NCBI GenBank assembly: GCA_951406725.2
Contig: OX597833.1
Span: forward strand, 53,382,001 to 53,446,000
DNA from: Octopus vulgaris
Lineage: Eukaryota
DNA: 64,000 nucleotides
Direction of reading: 5' to 3'
Shown here: in pieces, positions 13,316 to 29,607 of the stretch
Numbering within the stretch: position 1 is the stretch's first letter
How the letters are laid out: every line of letters begins with the position of its first letter
Notes under the pieces: generated by a model
What the model saw: the letters and a program-made list of their open reading frames with translations, nothing else
What the model was told of the DNA's origin: nothing
Database searches by the model: none
Position numbers and translations under genes: made by a program

Positions 13316-13552
13316 GTGTATACATATACTTTGCCTTTCATCCTTTCGGGGTCGATAAATTAAGTACCAGTTACGCACTGGTGCGTAACTGGTACTTAAT
13401 TTATCGACCCCGAAAGGATGAAAGGCAAAGTTGACCTCGGCGGAATTTGAAGTCAGAACGTAACGGCAGACGAAATACCGCTACGCATTTCGCCCGGTGT
13501 GCTAAAGTTTCTGCCAACTCATACCGATTCTGCCACTCCACACACCCTTACA

Positions 13553-13583
<31 letters not shown>

Positions 13584-13997
13584 ATTCTAGCATTGATATA
13601 AGGTCAGTAGCGTAATAGGGTGGTAAGGGGTAATGGGGGCGGCCCACCCCAGACAGAGTTTTTATGGTGGGGTGGGTGGAGCACTTTCGGGGCTATGTAG
13701 GGAGAATAGCGTGGCAGGGACACCAAACTGAAGGGCTGCCCCGGACGGCACATACCCTAGGTCACAGAGTTTGCAAAAGGTCATACACGATTACATGGAC
13801 TCCAATAACCTGTGGGGGTTATTGGAGTCCTTGTTATCAACCAGGGTACTCAAGGAGTGGGGTAACTTATCTTATCAGTCGCCCTATGTCCTATTGTGAC
13901 GGCTGTTGTTCTGGTTCGTAATTGCTTAGCACTAGATCAGGCTTCATTGAAAAGACGTAACGACAAAAAGGCTTTGTACTGTGTATGTACGATAGCT

Positions 13998-14385
13998 TGT
14001 AGATGCGCAATGGCCCAGTGGTTAGGGTAGCGGACTCGCGGTCGTAGGATCGCGGTTTCGATTCCCAGACCGGGAGTTGTGAGTGTTTATTGAGCGAAAA
14101 CACCTAAAAAGCTCCACGAGGCTCCGGCAGGGGATGGTGGTGATCCCTGCTGTACTCTTTCACCACAACTTTCTCTCACTCTTACTTCCTGTTTCTGTTG
14201 TACCTTGTATTTCAAAGGGCCGGCCTTGTCACTCTCTGTGTCACGCTGAATATCCCCGAGAACTACGTTAAGGGTACACGTGTCTGTGGAGTGCTCAGCC
14301 ACTTACACGTTAATTTCACGAGCAGGCTGTTCCGTTGATCGGATCAACCGGAACCCTCGTCGTCGTAACCGACGGAGTGCTTCCA
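13998..14385 (+). mobile_element. SINE family C, tRNA-derived, full length with 10-bp TSD
   Basis: A box TGGCCCAGTGG, B-box-like GGTTTCGATTCCC; TSD TACGATAGCT at 13988-13997 and 14386-14395. Confidence 0.85.
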
Positions 14386-15873
14386 TACGATAGCTAAGGG
14401 TGTTCGGTTTGCGATGGTTTGGACATGGGTTTGCTTCCATAGCTGTATCGCTTAGCAAAACTTCTCTTTAGTGTTGCTTCGGTACTCTTACACCCATTCG
14501 AAAAATGAATACTAAGAGCCCCTGGGATTAACCATGCTGCCGACGAATATACCATTCAGCCTAAACGACAGTATTTCGTCTGCCACTACGTTCTGAGTTC
14601 AAATTCCGCCGAGGTCGACTTTGCCTTTCATCCTTTCAGGGTCAATAAATTAAGTACCAGTTACGCATTGGGGTCGATGTAATCGACTTAATTCGTTTGT
14701 CTGTCCTTGTTTGTCCTCTCTGTGTTTAGCCCCTTGTGGGTAGTAATGAAATAGGTTAAACTTCGGCCTCAAGAGTCTGTAAGTGCAGACAGATATAGTT
14801 ATAATCTTCCGTCTTTAAGACACGGTGTATCAAAGACTACGTAATCCAATGTGCTCTTTCATTTATCTTAAAAACACTGTGGTTTAACTAGAAGGTGACT
14901 TGGTTGCTATGTCTAGCAGGTCAGGCGACTATGTAGAGGCTCTCTCATACCACGATGAGATGAGAGGCAAAGTTGATTCCGACGAGATGAGATGAAATTG
15001 GAACGTGAAGGGATGTGACCAGATAATAGGTTTTTGAGGCGCATGGGGATACATGTTAGCTTTGAATAATTAGACCTACAACCAAGGCGCTCCCGTCGTG
15101 CCCATCGCACCTCTTATATATACATACTTATAAGTCATTTCACCCGAGTCTTTATCATTTCTTCCATTAAGCATTTCAGTTATTTACCCACAGCGGGGTA
15201 CAACAGGTGGAGGTTACTAATAATTATTCCAAACTTTTGCTACAAGGCCAGCAATTCTGAGAGGAGGGGAAATCGATTACATCGACCCCAGTGCATAACT
15301 GGTACTTATTTTATCGGCCCCGAAAGGATGAAAGTCAAAGTCGACCTCGGCGGAATCTGAACTCAGAACGTGAGGACGGACCAAATGCCGCTAAGCATTT
15401 ATTTGTACTATAGGCACAAGGCCAAAACTTTTGCGTGGAGGGGGACGGTCGATTACATCGACCCCCCAGTACTCAACTGGTACTTATTTAATCGACCACG
15501 AAAGGATGATAGGGATAAGACATTTTGTCGAAATTTGAACACAGAGCGTACAGACGGACGAAATGCCGCCAAGCGTTTCGTGTGTGTATGTGTACGTCCG
15601 TGTATATGCACATATATACATACACATGTATATATATATATATATATACATTTATATATGTGTGTGTGTATGTATGTATGTATATGTATATATACATAAA
15701 TATACATTATATATATAAATGTATATATGTATATATGTGTATGTGCATACATATAGATACATATGTATATATACATATGTATATATCTAAATATATACAT
15801 ATGTATATTTATGTATGTACGTATGTACGTATATATATTCACACATACGTGTACATACACAATCACATATCTG

Positions 15874-15987
<114 letters not shown>

Positions 15988-16330
15988 CTTTTATTTGATT
16001 CAGTCATTTGACTGCGACCATGCTGGGGCACCACCCTGAATATATTTTGTTGAAAGCTGGTATTTATTCTGTGGGTTTATTTTGCTGAACGCTATGTGAT
16101 ATATATATATCACCTTCGAAACGTAGAGTAGATGAAACCATGGCGACTGAAGAAGGGGTTTTTTCCTTGTGTTAATTGTCCTGTACTCTATTTTTTTGTT
16201 GTTTAAGAAAAATATTCAGTTCCTTGGGTGTCTTGTACTCATATATGCGTGTATATATACATGTAGAGGTAGGTACGTACATATATGTATATATATATAT
16301 ATATATGCATATGTTTTATTTATTAATATG

Positions 16331-16455
<125 letters not shown>

Positions 16456-16528
16456 TACTATTTAGCAGAAGTAAAAGAGTAACTCAAGGTCCAAGTGTTT
16501 CATACGTTGGCACTTATCAAACTAATAA

Positions 16529-16631
<103 letters not shown>

Positions 16632-16672
16632 CTCATACTTTGTGTTCTGTTTTTCCTGTTTGCACCAACATA

Positions 16673-16708
<36 letters not shown>

Positions 16709-16803
16709 CGTGTATGAACGTTTGTAAGTATATATGTATGTATGTATGTATGTATTATGTATGTATGTATGTATAGATAGATAGATAGAGAGAGAGAGAG
16801 AAG

Positions 16804-16835
<32 letters not shown>

Positions 16836-16837
16836 AG

Positions 16838-16902
<65 letters not shown>

Positions 16903-16956
16903 TTAGATAGAGAGATAGAGAAAGAGAGAGAGAGAAGGATAGATAGACAGACAGAC

Positions 16957-17023
<67 letters not shown>

Positions 17024-17084
17024 GAGATAGAGAGATAGAGAGATAGAGAAAGAGAGAGAGAGAAGGATAGATAGACAGACAGAC

Positions 17085-17150
<66 letters not shown>

Positions 17151-17472
17151 GTAGATAGATAGATAGATAGATAGATAGACAGATTGATTGATTGATAGAT
17201 TCATTGATTGATCCATTTAGTCATTCATTCACTCGTTCATTGATTCATTGATTGTTTGATTGATAATAATACATGAATGCATACAAATATATTTCTGTGT
17301 ACAAACACGCACACACACATATACAAATATACATATACACAAACATCTATTCATCCAGCAAGCCTACCTTCTATGTATCCCTATATCCGACCATCCCCTC
17401 TACAATCTATACCTGCGTACAAACATACATACATGCTTACTACATACATACATACATACATACATACATACA

Positions 17473-17503
<31 letters not shown>

Positions 17504-17600
17504 TTCTGTGTGTGCGTGTGTGTATACTCACACATATAAATATATATATATATACATACATACATACATACATACATACATACATACATACATACATACA

Positions 17601-17635
<35 letters not shown>

Positions 17636-17698
17636 GTGTGTGTATGTGTGTGTGTATAAAGGATGTCTTTGAGTGTATAAATGTATACGAACATATAC

Positions 17699-17741
<43 letters not shown>

Positions 17742-18203
17742 TCACAAAGACCCATACAAACCCAAAAATGCTTTGTATATATTAATATACACTACATTAT
17801 GCTTTATTTATTGTATATGCGAGGTATATGTATATATATATATACATGCATATATACATATGCATATATATATATATGCATGTATACATGTATGTATACA
17901 TGTGTGTGTATATATATATATATATGAAATATATATATATACATATATATGTACATATATATGTATATATATATATGTGTGTGTGCATACATACATACAT
18001 ACATATATATATATATGAAATATATATACATATATATATGAAATATATATGTATATATATATATATGTGTATACATATATGTATATGTGTTTTTTTGTGT
18101 GTATATATATGTATATATATATATATATATACATACATATATATGTATATATATTTAATAAATATATACGTATATATATACATACATATATATAAACATA
18201 TAC

Positions 18204-18242
<39 letters not shown>

Positions 18243-18343
18243 ATATATATATGTATGTGTACATATATCTATATATATACATATATATGTAGATATATAT
18301 GTGTGTATGCATATATGTATATATATGTATATATAAGTATATA

Positions 18344-18374
<31 letters not shown>

Positions 18375-18660
18375 TTATTTGGCAGTGTTGAGCACTCATT
18401 TCATCGTTCGACATTTACATATTTACATATAAACATGTGTGTTTGTGTATGCGTGTGTGTGTGTGTGTGTTTGTGTACACATACATATATTATTTACTAT
18501 CTTTTCATTCAGTTCACCTTTTGTCACCGAATTGTCTTGAAAGACAAATGAAGAAATTTAGACACATAGACGCAACACCCAGAAAGTTTTCTTCTTTTTT
18601 TTTTTTCCAGTTTGTCTTTATCTTTCTATTATAAGACAATATAGAATACAATAAAAAAAT

Positions 18661-18898
18661 TACTGCCACAACGACACCCTTAAAAAAAAAGAAAAAAGAA
18701 ACAAAAAGGAGCTAATCAACTAGAAAGGTGTAGTTAAAACTTCTTAACCCCCAACCTCACTCCCACCAAAACCTCCCACCCCCGTCAGGCCCCTACTATA
18801 AAGGGTAACCACAGTGGGAAAACGCCTTAAAAAACGTTCAACAAGCGCAGGCCTGCTCCCTAACACGTGTGTTGTTTATTGTCGGCTTGTTACTTTGA
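18661..18898. mobile_element. Short unclassified interspersed element, copy 2
   Basis: Direct homologue of 13099-13315; contains CTACTATAAAGG. Confidence 0.7.
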
Positions 18899-19793
18899 CA
18901 ACAAGGTAAACGAACAGGTGAGAACAGCGTTGTCTTCAGCACACAGCGCTAGCCTATCACACACCGCACATGGACCTGATTGCTTTCTGAGGGGCTGGCT
19001 GCACACAAGACGATCGCTGTATGAAAGCCTGTTAAGGCCTGATCCTGTTTACTTGATATTCTTATTATTATTATTATTATTATCACAAAATATCCAGCAT
19101 TCATTACTATAATTCATTATTATCGTTATTATTTTTACAAGCTTATCTAATCGTCAACGTCAGGTACACTTAGAACAATCACCACACTTCTTACCTTTTC
19201 TTCTCTTTCTTCTTCTTCTTCTTCTCAAGCCTTTTCTAGCCTTCTCCTTCTTCTCCTTCTTCACCTGTAAGCAGTTTCGAACTTGTCAAAACATACAAAT
19301 AGGTGCCGAAATTTATTGATAAAAACAAGCTACAAATATAAATAGGTACAAAGATAATTTGAAAGTAGAGGTGAAAGCACACTTGTTGATCATTGTTGAT
19401 CATTCGACAGGTATGGAATATACATCGGAATGGTTTGATTTCTTTCATTGCTGAGGGATTCAATTTTCACTTTGCCTTACTAAACACTTGACTCTCTGAG
19501 AAAAAGACGCATTTCTTAAGAGGTGAAGAACTTATGGATCATCCATAATTTCAACTGACATCTGGAACAAAACTTCTGATTTTTTTTTACGTCTGGCATT
19601 TGTTCAAAGACTTACAAACTATATACATAGATATATTAACACACACCCATATATACATATAACAATATATATATATATATCAGAACATATATTTATACAT
19701 TCATATTTATAAGTTTCATACGTGCATTATAGATACATATATACACACATATATATATTTATATACATTAGATCGTACACGATATCATCGAAT

Positions 19794-19989
19794 ATGAAAG
19801 ACGATAGCTATCGAATGATCCCTTGTGGGGTCAAAACTTTCCTGGAACAGCTGGGACTTTTACATTACTACGACATCTTCCGAGCGAAGGGGTTCGATTC
19901 CGAGGCGGATCTCCGACACATTGATCGCGAAGCCCTCGACGGCATGTATATTACAGACAAACTGGACAGAGATCTCATCCTAACTTGTG
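19794..19989 (+). CDS. Tandem-SAM-domain protein, first coding exon (SAM-like domain 1)
   Basis: [65 protein letters not shown] fits the SAM pattern (FLxxLGLxxYxxxF..GFD..L..L..I....R..IL); donor TG|GTCAGT, phase 1; possible upstream acceptor TAG at 19769-19771, so the ATG may be internal. Confidence 0.85.
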
Positions 19990-20065
19990 GTCAGTATCAA
20001 TTATTATTTGTTTTGTTTTTTTATACATTCGCATATATATATACACACACATACACACATATATA

Positions 20066-20096
<31 letters not shown>

Positions 20097-20113
20097 CTAT
20101 ATGTATGTATATA

Positions 20114-20251
<138 letters not shown>

Positions 20252-21084
20252 TAACATGTATATTATTCATACACGTGCATACGCATATATACGTAGAAGT
20301 ATGTATGTATGTACGTACGTATGTATGTATGTATGTATGTATGTATGTATGTATGTATGTATGTGTGTGCGTGTGTGTATGTGTGTATGAATATATGTAT
20401 CTACATACACACTCATATGCACACACTCATATATATACATACATACATACATACATACATACTTACATACATACACACACAAACACACACACACATACAT
20501 ACATACATACATACATACACACACACATACATACATACATACATACACACACACACATACATACATACATACATACATACATACATACATACACACACAT
20601 ACATACATACATACATACATACATACATACATACATACATACATACACACACACATACACACATACACACATACATACATACATACATACATACATACAT
20701 AAGCGAATCTATGTATGTGTACGTGTGGGCACTTGCGATTTTGCGAGGTTCAACAACCCCTTTCAAAATCGAAAGTGAAGCTTATGTTACATATTAACCT
20801 TTCCTCTGGACCCTTCAAAATATCCTATCGTGCCCCACTTTCATGTCAGTACATCATGAACACCTCATCCACATGTAAATACCTGTAACCCATGCACAAA
20901 TCTCTAAATGTAGTTAGAAGCGATTACTAAACTACTTAGCGAGCGGTTTCAAATGGGACCCATATCCCACGACGAACACAGGCCTATTAAGGGATTTGCA
21001 CGAACTTTTTGCGTATATGATATATACACAGACATATATATACGCACTAATACATGCACACACTTGCACATGTATTCATGCATG

Positions 21085-21167
<83 letters not shown>

Positions 21168-21457
21168 GAAGGGTTGCTGAAAAATTACTGGCTTTGGGTA
21201 AAAGAAAATACAGAAGGATCAGTTAATTATGTGATTCAACACGTTCCCCTTTCGGGTTTACACACTAATTGCAGCGGTCCTTCAGTTTTTCAAATCCCTG
21301 AAAAAGAACCAGGCCTTACGGGATACCCTTAAAGTCAGGAACTTTTCATCACCCTACACGCACACACACACACACACACACACAAACACAAACACAAACA
21401 CACACACACATACACATTTATATATATATGTTAGAAGTATTGGGATCTTTTTCTTTC

Positions 21458-21513
<56 letters not shown>

Positions 21514-22522
21514 ATATATATTTATACACGCACTGTGGTGGGCAAAATTAGTTATAGAAGTTGGTTAATATGAATTCTTTTCGTTTCTCTATTTCTTTTT
21601 TTTTTTTTTTCTAGCATAGGTGAAATTCTTTCATTACAGAAAGAATTAGGTAAAACGAAAGTAGAATTATAGAATTCTTATCCTAGAGAAAGGAAAAGAA
21701 CATTCCATTCATATTACGCAACTATATACCAACTTTTACCTATCCATATATATATATATCATAGGAACTTTAGAAACTTCAAGAGAACGTGAAATAATTC
21801 GCTTTCTGAACGGTTGAACTTGAAGTAGATAAAACTATACATAATAGCTTGTAAATATGGGCTCAAAAAAGAATGCTTTTTTATTTTGTTTTCAATTATT
21901 ATTATTATCATTATTAAAATTGATACTGAAACCCCTCCCTCATTCATTCTACATATAATGCAACTTGTGTGTCTATGTGTGTGTGTGTGTGTGTGTTTTA
22001 GTCATAATGAATAAAAGAATGCGCTTGCTCTACATTTTGCATTGAGCACTGCAATTAATCGCTTCTGGTGAATCAACATATATATATACATATATATATA
22101 TATGATTTTAAATTCCATTCATGTGTCAGAATATATGATTGGGATTCAAAATCATTGATATATATATATATATATGATGATGATGATGATGATGATATAG
22201 TCTTCTATCAGCCGTTTTATTCTTCCATCTACTGAGAATATTTTGTCTGGAACTTTCCTGCATGCACACCTTGTCTCTGACGACGGAATACACCCAGTGT
22301 ATGGCGGTGTTGACCCTTTACCTGGGATATCCCAGAAACAGCTGTAAGACATTACTTACTTCTACTTCTTTTTTTTATTCATCTTTACTCGAATTAAATA
22401 TTCTATATGACCTGACATACTCGTCTAGCTTGGTTTTGTCTTCTTTTCCTTTAACATATATACATACATACACACACAGATATGTGTGTGTATGTGTGTG
22501 TGTGTGTGTATTTATTATTGTG

Positions 22523-22745
22523 TCTGGGAAGAGTCATTCTCTTTTAGTGCCTTATTACTTAACACACTCACCGGTTCGATTTCAACTCATTTACCTATCT
22601 ATTTTTTCTAAAATTTTCGCTGCGTTTTGCAGCCTTTTTAATAAACGACTATTGAAAATTTTAGAAAAAATAAATAAATGAATGGAAATCGAACTGGTGT
22701 GTGTGTTGAATAATAAGGCACTAAAAGAGAATGACTCTATCCAGA
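22523..22745. repeat. Imperfect ~220-bp palindrome (inverted Penelope-type termini)
   Basis: GAGTCATTCTCTTTTAGTGCCTTATT...TTTTTTCTAAAATTTTC versus GAAAATTTTAGAAAAAA...AATAAGGCACTAAAAGAGAATGACTC. Confidence 0.75.
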
Positions 22746-23035
22746 TGATAAAATAGGCTTCAACACACGAATTCACATAAAGAATCTCGCAAACCAAATA
22801 CAAAAACGATACACACACACACGTTGTGTGTGTGTGTGTGTGTGTATGTGTGTGTGAGAGAGAGAGAGAGAGTATGTGTGTGTGCATTTTCACTTGCCGG
22901 GCCTGGAGAAACGGCCATATCCATGACCTTTGAAGCCTATGCTCCGTAGACAGGTGACATTGATTCTATTAATGTATCAGTTGAAACTATATATAACAGA
23001 CAGACAGGCAGACAGGCAGATAGACAGGCAGACAA

Positions 23036-23100
<65 letters not shown>

Positions 23101-23256
23101 CAACATTTTGTGTGTGTGTGTGTGTGCGTGTGTGTGTTAGTGAGTGTGTGTGTATGTGTGTGTGTATGTGTACGTGTGCATATATACGTATATGTATGTA
23201 TGCATGCATGTATGTATGAATAAATGTCCAAGACTCAAGTGGATATATATATATAT

Positions 23257-23394
<138 letters not shown>

Positions 23395-23761
23395 TTTTTT
23401 ATTGGCCACGCAGGGCCAAACAGAGAAGGGACAAAATACAAAGTAGAGCTTTTCTTTTTTGGGGAAGAAGAGAAGGGAAAAAGGTGGTGGCAAATTCCGA
23501 TCAAAAGGGGTCGTGAAAAAAAGGAGGGGGCTTCCGATCAAAAAGGATCGTGAAAAAACATAGATAGATTGATAGATAGATAGATAGATAGATATGTTTC
23601 TTTATTAGCCACACAGGACTGCACACAGACAGAACAAATTACAAGGTAGAGCTTTTCTTTTGGGGGTAAAGAAAAAAAGGGGTTGGTTTTCGATCAAAAG
23701 AGATCGTAAAAGGAAAGAAAGAGGACAAAAAAAGGGGAGGATTTTAAAAAAAGGGGGGGGG

Positions 23762-23762
<1 letters not shown>
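23395..23762 (-). mobile_element. Two 5'-truncated non-LTR 3' ends embedded in (GATA)n
   Basis: Related ~165-bp segments at 23395-23559 and 23595-23762, each ending on the minus strand in ...GTGGC(C/T)AATAAA and bounded by GATA repeats. Confidence 0.65.
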
Positions 23763-23805
<43 letters not shown>

Positions 23806-24353
23806 CAGATAGATAGATAGATAGATAGATTGAGTGTCTATTTACTTTTGAGATATCTGTGAAGATATATATTTAGCTATAGACACACACACACACATAC
23901 ACACACACACACTTATACAGATGGATCATTATGTGTATATACGCGTGTATGTCATCGTGTTTTTTTTATATGTGATCCTTAACTCAGATTCCACCGCTTT
24001 GCCACTGCCCCTACATAGTTAACCCTAAACCATTCTCTCCCCTTTTCTCCTACATTTACCTGTCTCCGCAGCTACACCTTAGTGTAGTCAGTTGATGTAT
24101 AGCACCTGTCTACCTTCTAGTCTCCCTCTTTCCCTTAATACTTAGATCTGTCACCTTAACTTTCTCTATTTTTTAGTTGAATGAAGGATCTATCTATTTA
24201 CCTTTCTATGCACCTGTATTACCTTTCTTCTTCGTTTATCTCACATATTTGGCTTCTCACCCTCTCACACTAACCATTCTTACTGGTTCTTATTACCCAC
24301 CAAATCAATCCCTCAATTCAGTCCAAATTTTTACACTTTTAAACAAAAAATCC

Positions 24354-24519
24354 AGGCGCAGGAGTGGCTGTGTGGTAAGTAGCTTGTTTACCAACCACAT
24401 GTTTCCGGGTTCAGTCCCACTGCGTGGCATCTTGGGCAAGTGTCTTCTGCTATAGCCCCGGGCCGACCAATGCCTTGCGAGTGGATTTGGCAGACGGAAA
24501 CTGAAAGAAGCTCGTCGTA

Positions 24520-24568
<49 letters not shown>

Positions 24569-26064
24569 TTGTGTGTCTGTGTTTGTCCCCCTAGCATTGC
24601 TTGACAACCGATGCTGGTGTGTTTACATTCCCGTCACTTAGCGGTTCGGCAAAAGAGACCGATACAATAAGTACTGGGCTTACAAAAGAATAAGTCCCGG
24701 GTTCGAGTTGTTCGACTAAAGGCGGTGCTCCAGCATGGCCGCAGTCAAATGACTGAAACAAGTAAAAGAGTAAAGAGTGGTGAAAACTTTATAATCGAGA
24801 CATACCTGTAAAAGTGTGGTCTTTACCAGCGATTTTGTTTTCTCGTAACTTTCAGAAAAAACGGATATTTTTTAATGAAGTTTTCTATAAACACGCTTCA
24901 GATGGTGTGGATTTCGATTATATCGGAATTTAATATGGAAACAAAATGGTGAGCACGCTCACATACTTATTGAGGTGCATACTCGCATACTCTTTTACTT
25001 GTTTCAGTCATTTGACTGCGGCTATGCTGGAGCACCACCTTTTAGTCGAGCAAATCGACCCCCGGGACTTATTCTTTGTAAGCCCAGTACTTATTCTATC
25101 GGTTCTCTTTTGCCGAACCGCTAAGTGACGGGGACGTATACACACCAGCATCGGTTGTCAAGCAATGCTAGGGGGACAAACACATACACACACACATATA
25201 TACGACAGGCTTCTTTCAGTTTCCGTCTACCAAATCCACTCACAAGGCATTGGTCGGCCCGGGGCTATAGCAGAAGACACTTGCCCAAGATGCCACGCAG
25301 TGGGACTGAACCCAGAACCATGTGGGTTGGTTAGCAAGCTACTTACCTCACAGCCACTCCTGCGCCTAATAATTTTTTTCGAAATTTCTAGTTTCATTTT
25401 GTTTATCTACACGTGATGTGTATTAGTATGTATGTGTGTGTGCTAGCCCACCAAATTATTTTTACACATTAACTTCTGATCTAATGGTAATCTACATATT
25501 CTGAAAGGTATTTGTAGAAAACTGCATTAAAAAATACCAATTTTTCTGAAAGTTATGAGAAAAACAAAATCGCCTCGTGTGAATTTTCCAAAACTCCTCT
25601 CCTCATTGCTGGAAAAAAAAATTCACATCAAATACTAATATAGGATCAGGAGTGGCTTTGTGGTAAGTAGCTTGCTAACCAACCACATGGTTCCGGGTTC
25701 AGTCCCACTGCGTGGCATCTTGGGCAATGGTCTTCTGCTATAGCCCCGGGCCGACCAATGCCTTGTGAGTGGATTTGGTAGACGGAAACTGAAAGAAGCC
25801 TGTCGTATATATGTATATATATATATGTGTATGTGCATGTATGTTTGTGTTTGTGTGTTTGTCCCCCTAGCATTGCTTGACAACCGATGCTGGTGTGTTT
25901 ACGTCCCCGTCATTTAGCGGTTCGGCAAAAAGAGACCGATAGAATAAGTACTGGGCTTACAAAGAATAAGTCCCGGGGTCGATTTGCTCGACTAAAAGGC
26001 GGTGCTCCAGCATGGCCGCAGTCAAATGACTGAAACAAGTAAAAGAGTAAAAGAGTAAAGAGAG
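24354..26064. mobile_element. Cluster of three near-identical SINE A copies (+ 24354-24778, - 24988-25367, + 25643-26064)
   Basis: Full-length matches to 9070-9490 in alternating orientation. Confidence 0.9.
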
Positions 26065-26402
26065 TATAATCAAAATTTATACCATCTGATATGTATTTGT
26101 AGGAGATTTCATTAAAAAAAATTATTCATTTTTCTGAAAGTTATGAGGAACAAAATCGATCGGTGCACACTTGTGTAGGTATGTCGTAGCCGACAATCCT
26201 GACGGTAATTAAAGTATAAATTTTACCAATCTTTTGGAATCATTTTTCCTTGCCTTGCACAAACTTTCACCAGTTTCTTTCATTTTGGATTTCGTCCCAT
26301 TTAATATTATATTAATGATGAAGAATTATTTTAATGAACGATATTTTATTGCAGAATTCGGAATCCTTTTCTCGAAATCATCAGTGAACCAATACTCGCA
26401 AA

Positions 26403-26435
<33 letters not shown>

Positions 26436-26446
26436 TAGAGAGAGAG

Positions 26447-26489
<43 letters not shown>

Positions 26490-26734
26490 ATATATATATA
26501 TAACTTTTACTTGTTTCAGTCATTTGGTTGCGGCCATGCTGCGACACTGTCTTGAAGAATTCTTTGTCGAATGAAACGAGCCCTGCACTTATTTTTCTTT
26601 TTAAGCTTGGTACTCATTCTGTTGGTCTCTTTTGCCGAACCGCTAAGTTACGGTGGACGTAAACACACCGACACCAGTTGTCTAGAGGTTGTTGGGGAAA
26701 AACACAAACATGAAGACACACCAACACATGCACA

Positions 26735-26831
<97 letters not shown>

Positions 26832-27086
26832 GACAGCTTCTTTCAGTTTCCGTCTGCCAAATCCACTCACAAGGCTTTGGTCAGCCCGAGGCAATAGAAG
26901 ACACTCGTCCAAGGTTTCATACAGTGGGGCTGAAACCAGAACCATGTGGTTGGTAAGCAAGCTACTTAACCACACCGTCACTCTTGTACCTACGCACACA
27001 CACACATACACACACATAGTTATACATACATATACACACACACATATACATACATACATACATACATACATACATACATACATACA

Positions 27087-27161
<75 letters not shown>

Positions 27162-27701
27162 ACGCATCTGTGTGTGCATGTGCGCTACATAAAAGTGCTC
27201 AATACACACTTTTGTGTTAGAAATGTATAGAGTCTGGTAAATGTTTTTCCTGTATACAATAAATGCGATATCATATTGGTCGACCTCAAGATCCGTTTAG
27301 TCGACCTTTTCATCGACTGAGCACAAAAATGAATTGAGAAGAAAAGACCCCAAACACGTGAGCAGTTTAAATTTGTGGTTACCGCACCTTCAGGTAATCC
27401 AAGGTGCTTCGACTTCACTAGTGATTTATCATTTAACAGGTGCGTCTCTTTTGAAATTCATGAGAAATAATCTTAGAATGTGTCAGCTGATAGAAATGAA
27501 TTTATTTTGTGTAGAATTAGAATAAGGTTGGAACTAATGTACAGCTTTTTTGTAAGAGAGAGGTTACAGTCCTTTGGGCCATTCCAAAGTGCTAATACAT
27601 TCTGTAATATTGTTGAAATTCCAATGAAGGAGATATGGTCCTTGATTAGAAACCGGCTCTTCCTCTATTGGCAAGAAATCTTGAAATAAAACTGAATAAT
27701 G

Positions 27702-27853
27702 ACATACATACATACATACATACATACATGCATACATACATACATACATACACACACACACATACATACAAACATACATACATACATACATACATACATA
27801 CATACATACATACATACATACATACATACATACATACATACATACATACATAC

Positions 27854-27884
<31 letters not shown>

Positions 27885-28377
27885 CATACATACATACATG
27901 CATGCATACATACATACATACATGCATACATACATACATACATACATACATACATACATACATGCATGCATGCATGCATACATACATACATACATACATA
28001 CATGCATGCATGCATACATACATACATACATACATACACACATACATACATACATACATACATACATGCATGCATACATATATACATACATGCATACATG
28101 CATGCATACATACATACATACATACATACATGCATACATACATACATACATACATACATACATACATACATACATACATACATACATACATACATACATA
28201 CATACATACATACATACATACATACATACATACATACATACATACATACATACATACATACATACATACATACATACATACATACATACATACATACATA
28301 CATACATACATACATACATACATACATACATACATACATACATACATACATACATACATACATACATACATACTTAC

Positions 28378-28408
<31 letters not shown>

Positions 28409-29093
28409 CATACATACATACATACATACATACATACATACATACATACATGCATACATACATACATACATACATACATACATACATGCATGCATGCATG
28501 CACATACATACATACATACATACATACATACATACATACATACATACATGCATGCATACATACATACATGCATACATACATGCATGCATACATACATACA
28601 TACATACATACATACATACATACATACATACATACATACATACATACATACATACATACATACATACATACATACATACACATACATACATACATACATA
28701 CATACATACATACACACTATACATACATACATACATACATACATACATACATACATACATACATACATACATACATACATACATACATACATACATACAT
28801 ACATACATACATACATACATACATACATGCATGCATGCATGCATACATACATGCATACATACATACATACATGCATACATACATGCATGCATACATACAT
28901 ACATGCATACATGCATGCATACATACATACATACATACATACATACATGCATACATACATACATACATACATACATACATACATACATACATACATACAT
29001 ACATACATACATACATACATACATACATACATACATACATACATACATACATACATACATACATACATACATACATGCATACATACATACATA
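27702..29093. repeat. ~1.4-kb (CATA)n microsatellite with CATG variants
   Basis: Directly visible; source of the 240-480 aa pseudo-ORFs. Confidence 0.97.
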
Positions 29094-29571
29094 CACCGCA
29101 TAAGTATTACTAGTTAAGTATTCTAAGCTCCCGGAATGAACCAGTAACTTAACTATTAAAATATATACACATATATATATAATATATATTCACTTTTAAT
29201 GGAACAAACTTTTTCATACTTTGTTGATGAGGTACTAAATTCTTGACGGATTTTAACTTAATACTAATATAAAAATTTGTTCACACTGTGTTTAAATCAA
29301 AAGTCATTTTTATGTGACATTGTTGAATTTTATTCACTTCGGTGTCATTGTGACAAATTTAGAAAGACGAAGAATGAAACTTCAAGTCAGCTGGGGACCT
29401 CAGTAAGTTTAATACCCGTATGAGAATGCTGAAAACTCGTTTGTTTGTTTGTTTGTTTTTTTCTCTTGGTATTCATTCTACCGCATGGCTGTCCACACAC
29501 ACACACACACAAACATACATATGTAAATACATACATATGTAAATACATACATACATACATACATACATACA

Positions 29572-29607
<36 letters not shown>

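Noticed and set aside
14004-14078. tRNA gene
   Set aside because: A/B boxes are present but there is no proper acceptor stem or T-run terminator; it is the head of a TSD-flanked SINE.
27190-27690. Tc1/mariner transposase remnant
   Set aside because: Only a faint TNLNCSRVWG similarity to SPDLNP..VWG; too degenerate to call.
27564-29117. ORFs of 240-481 aa
   Set aside because: Pure translation of (CATA)n, which lacks stop codons; no coding signal.
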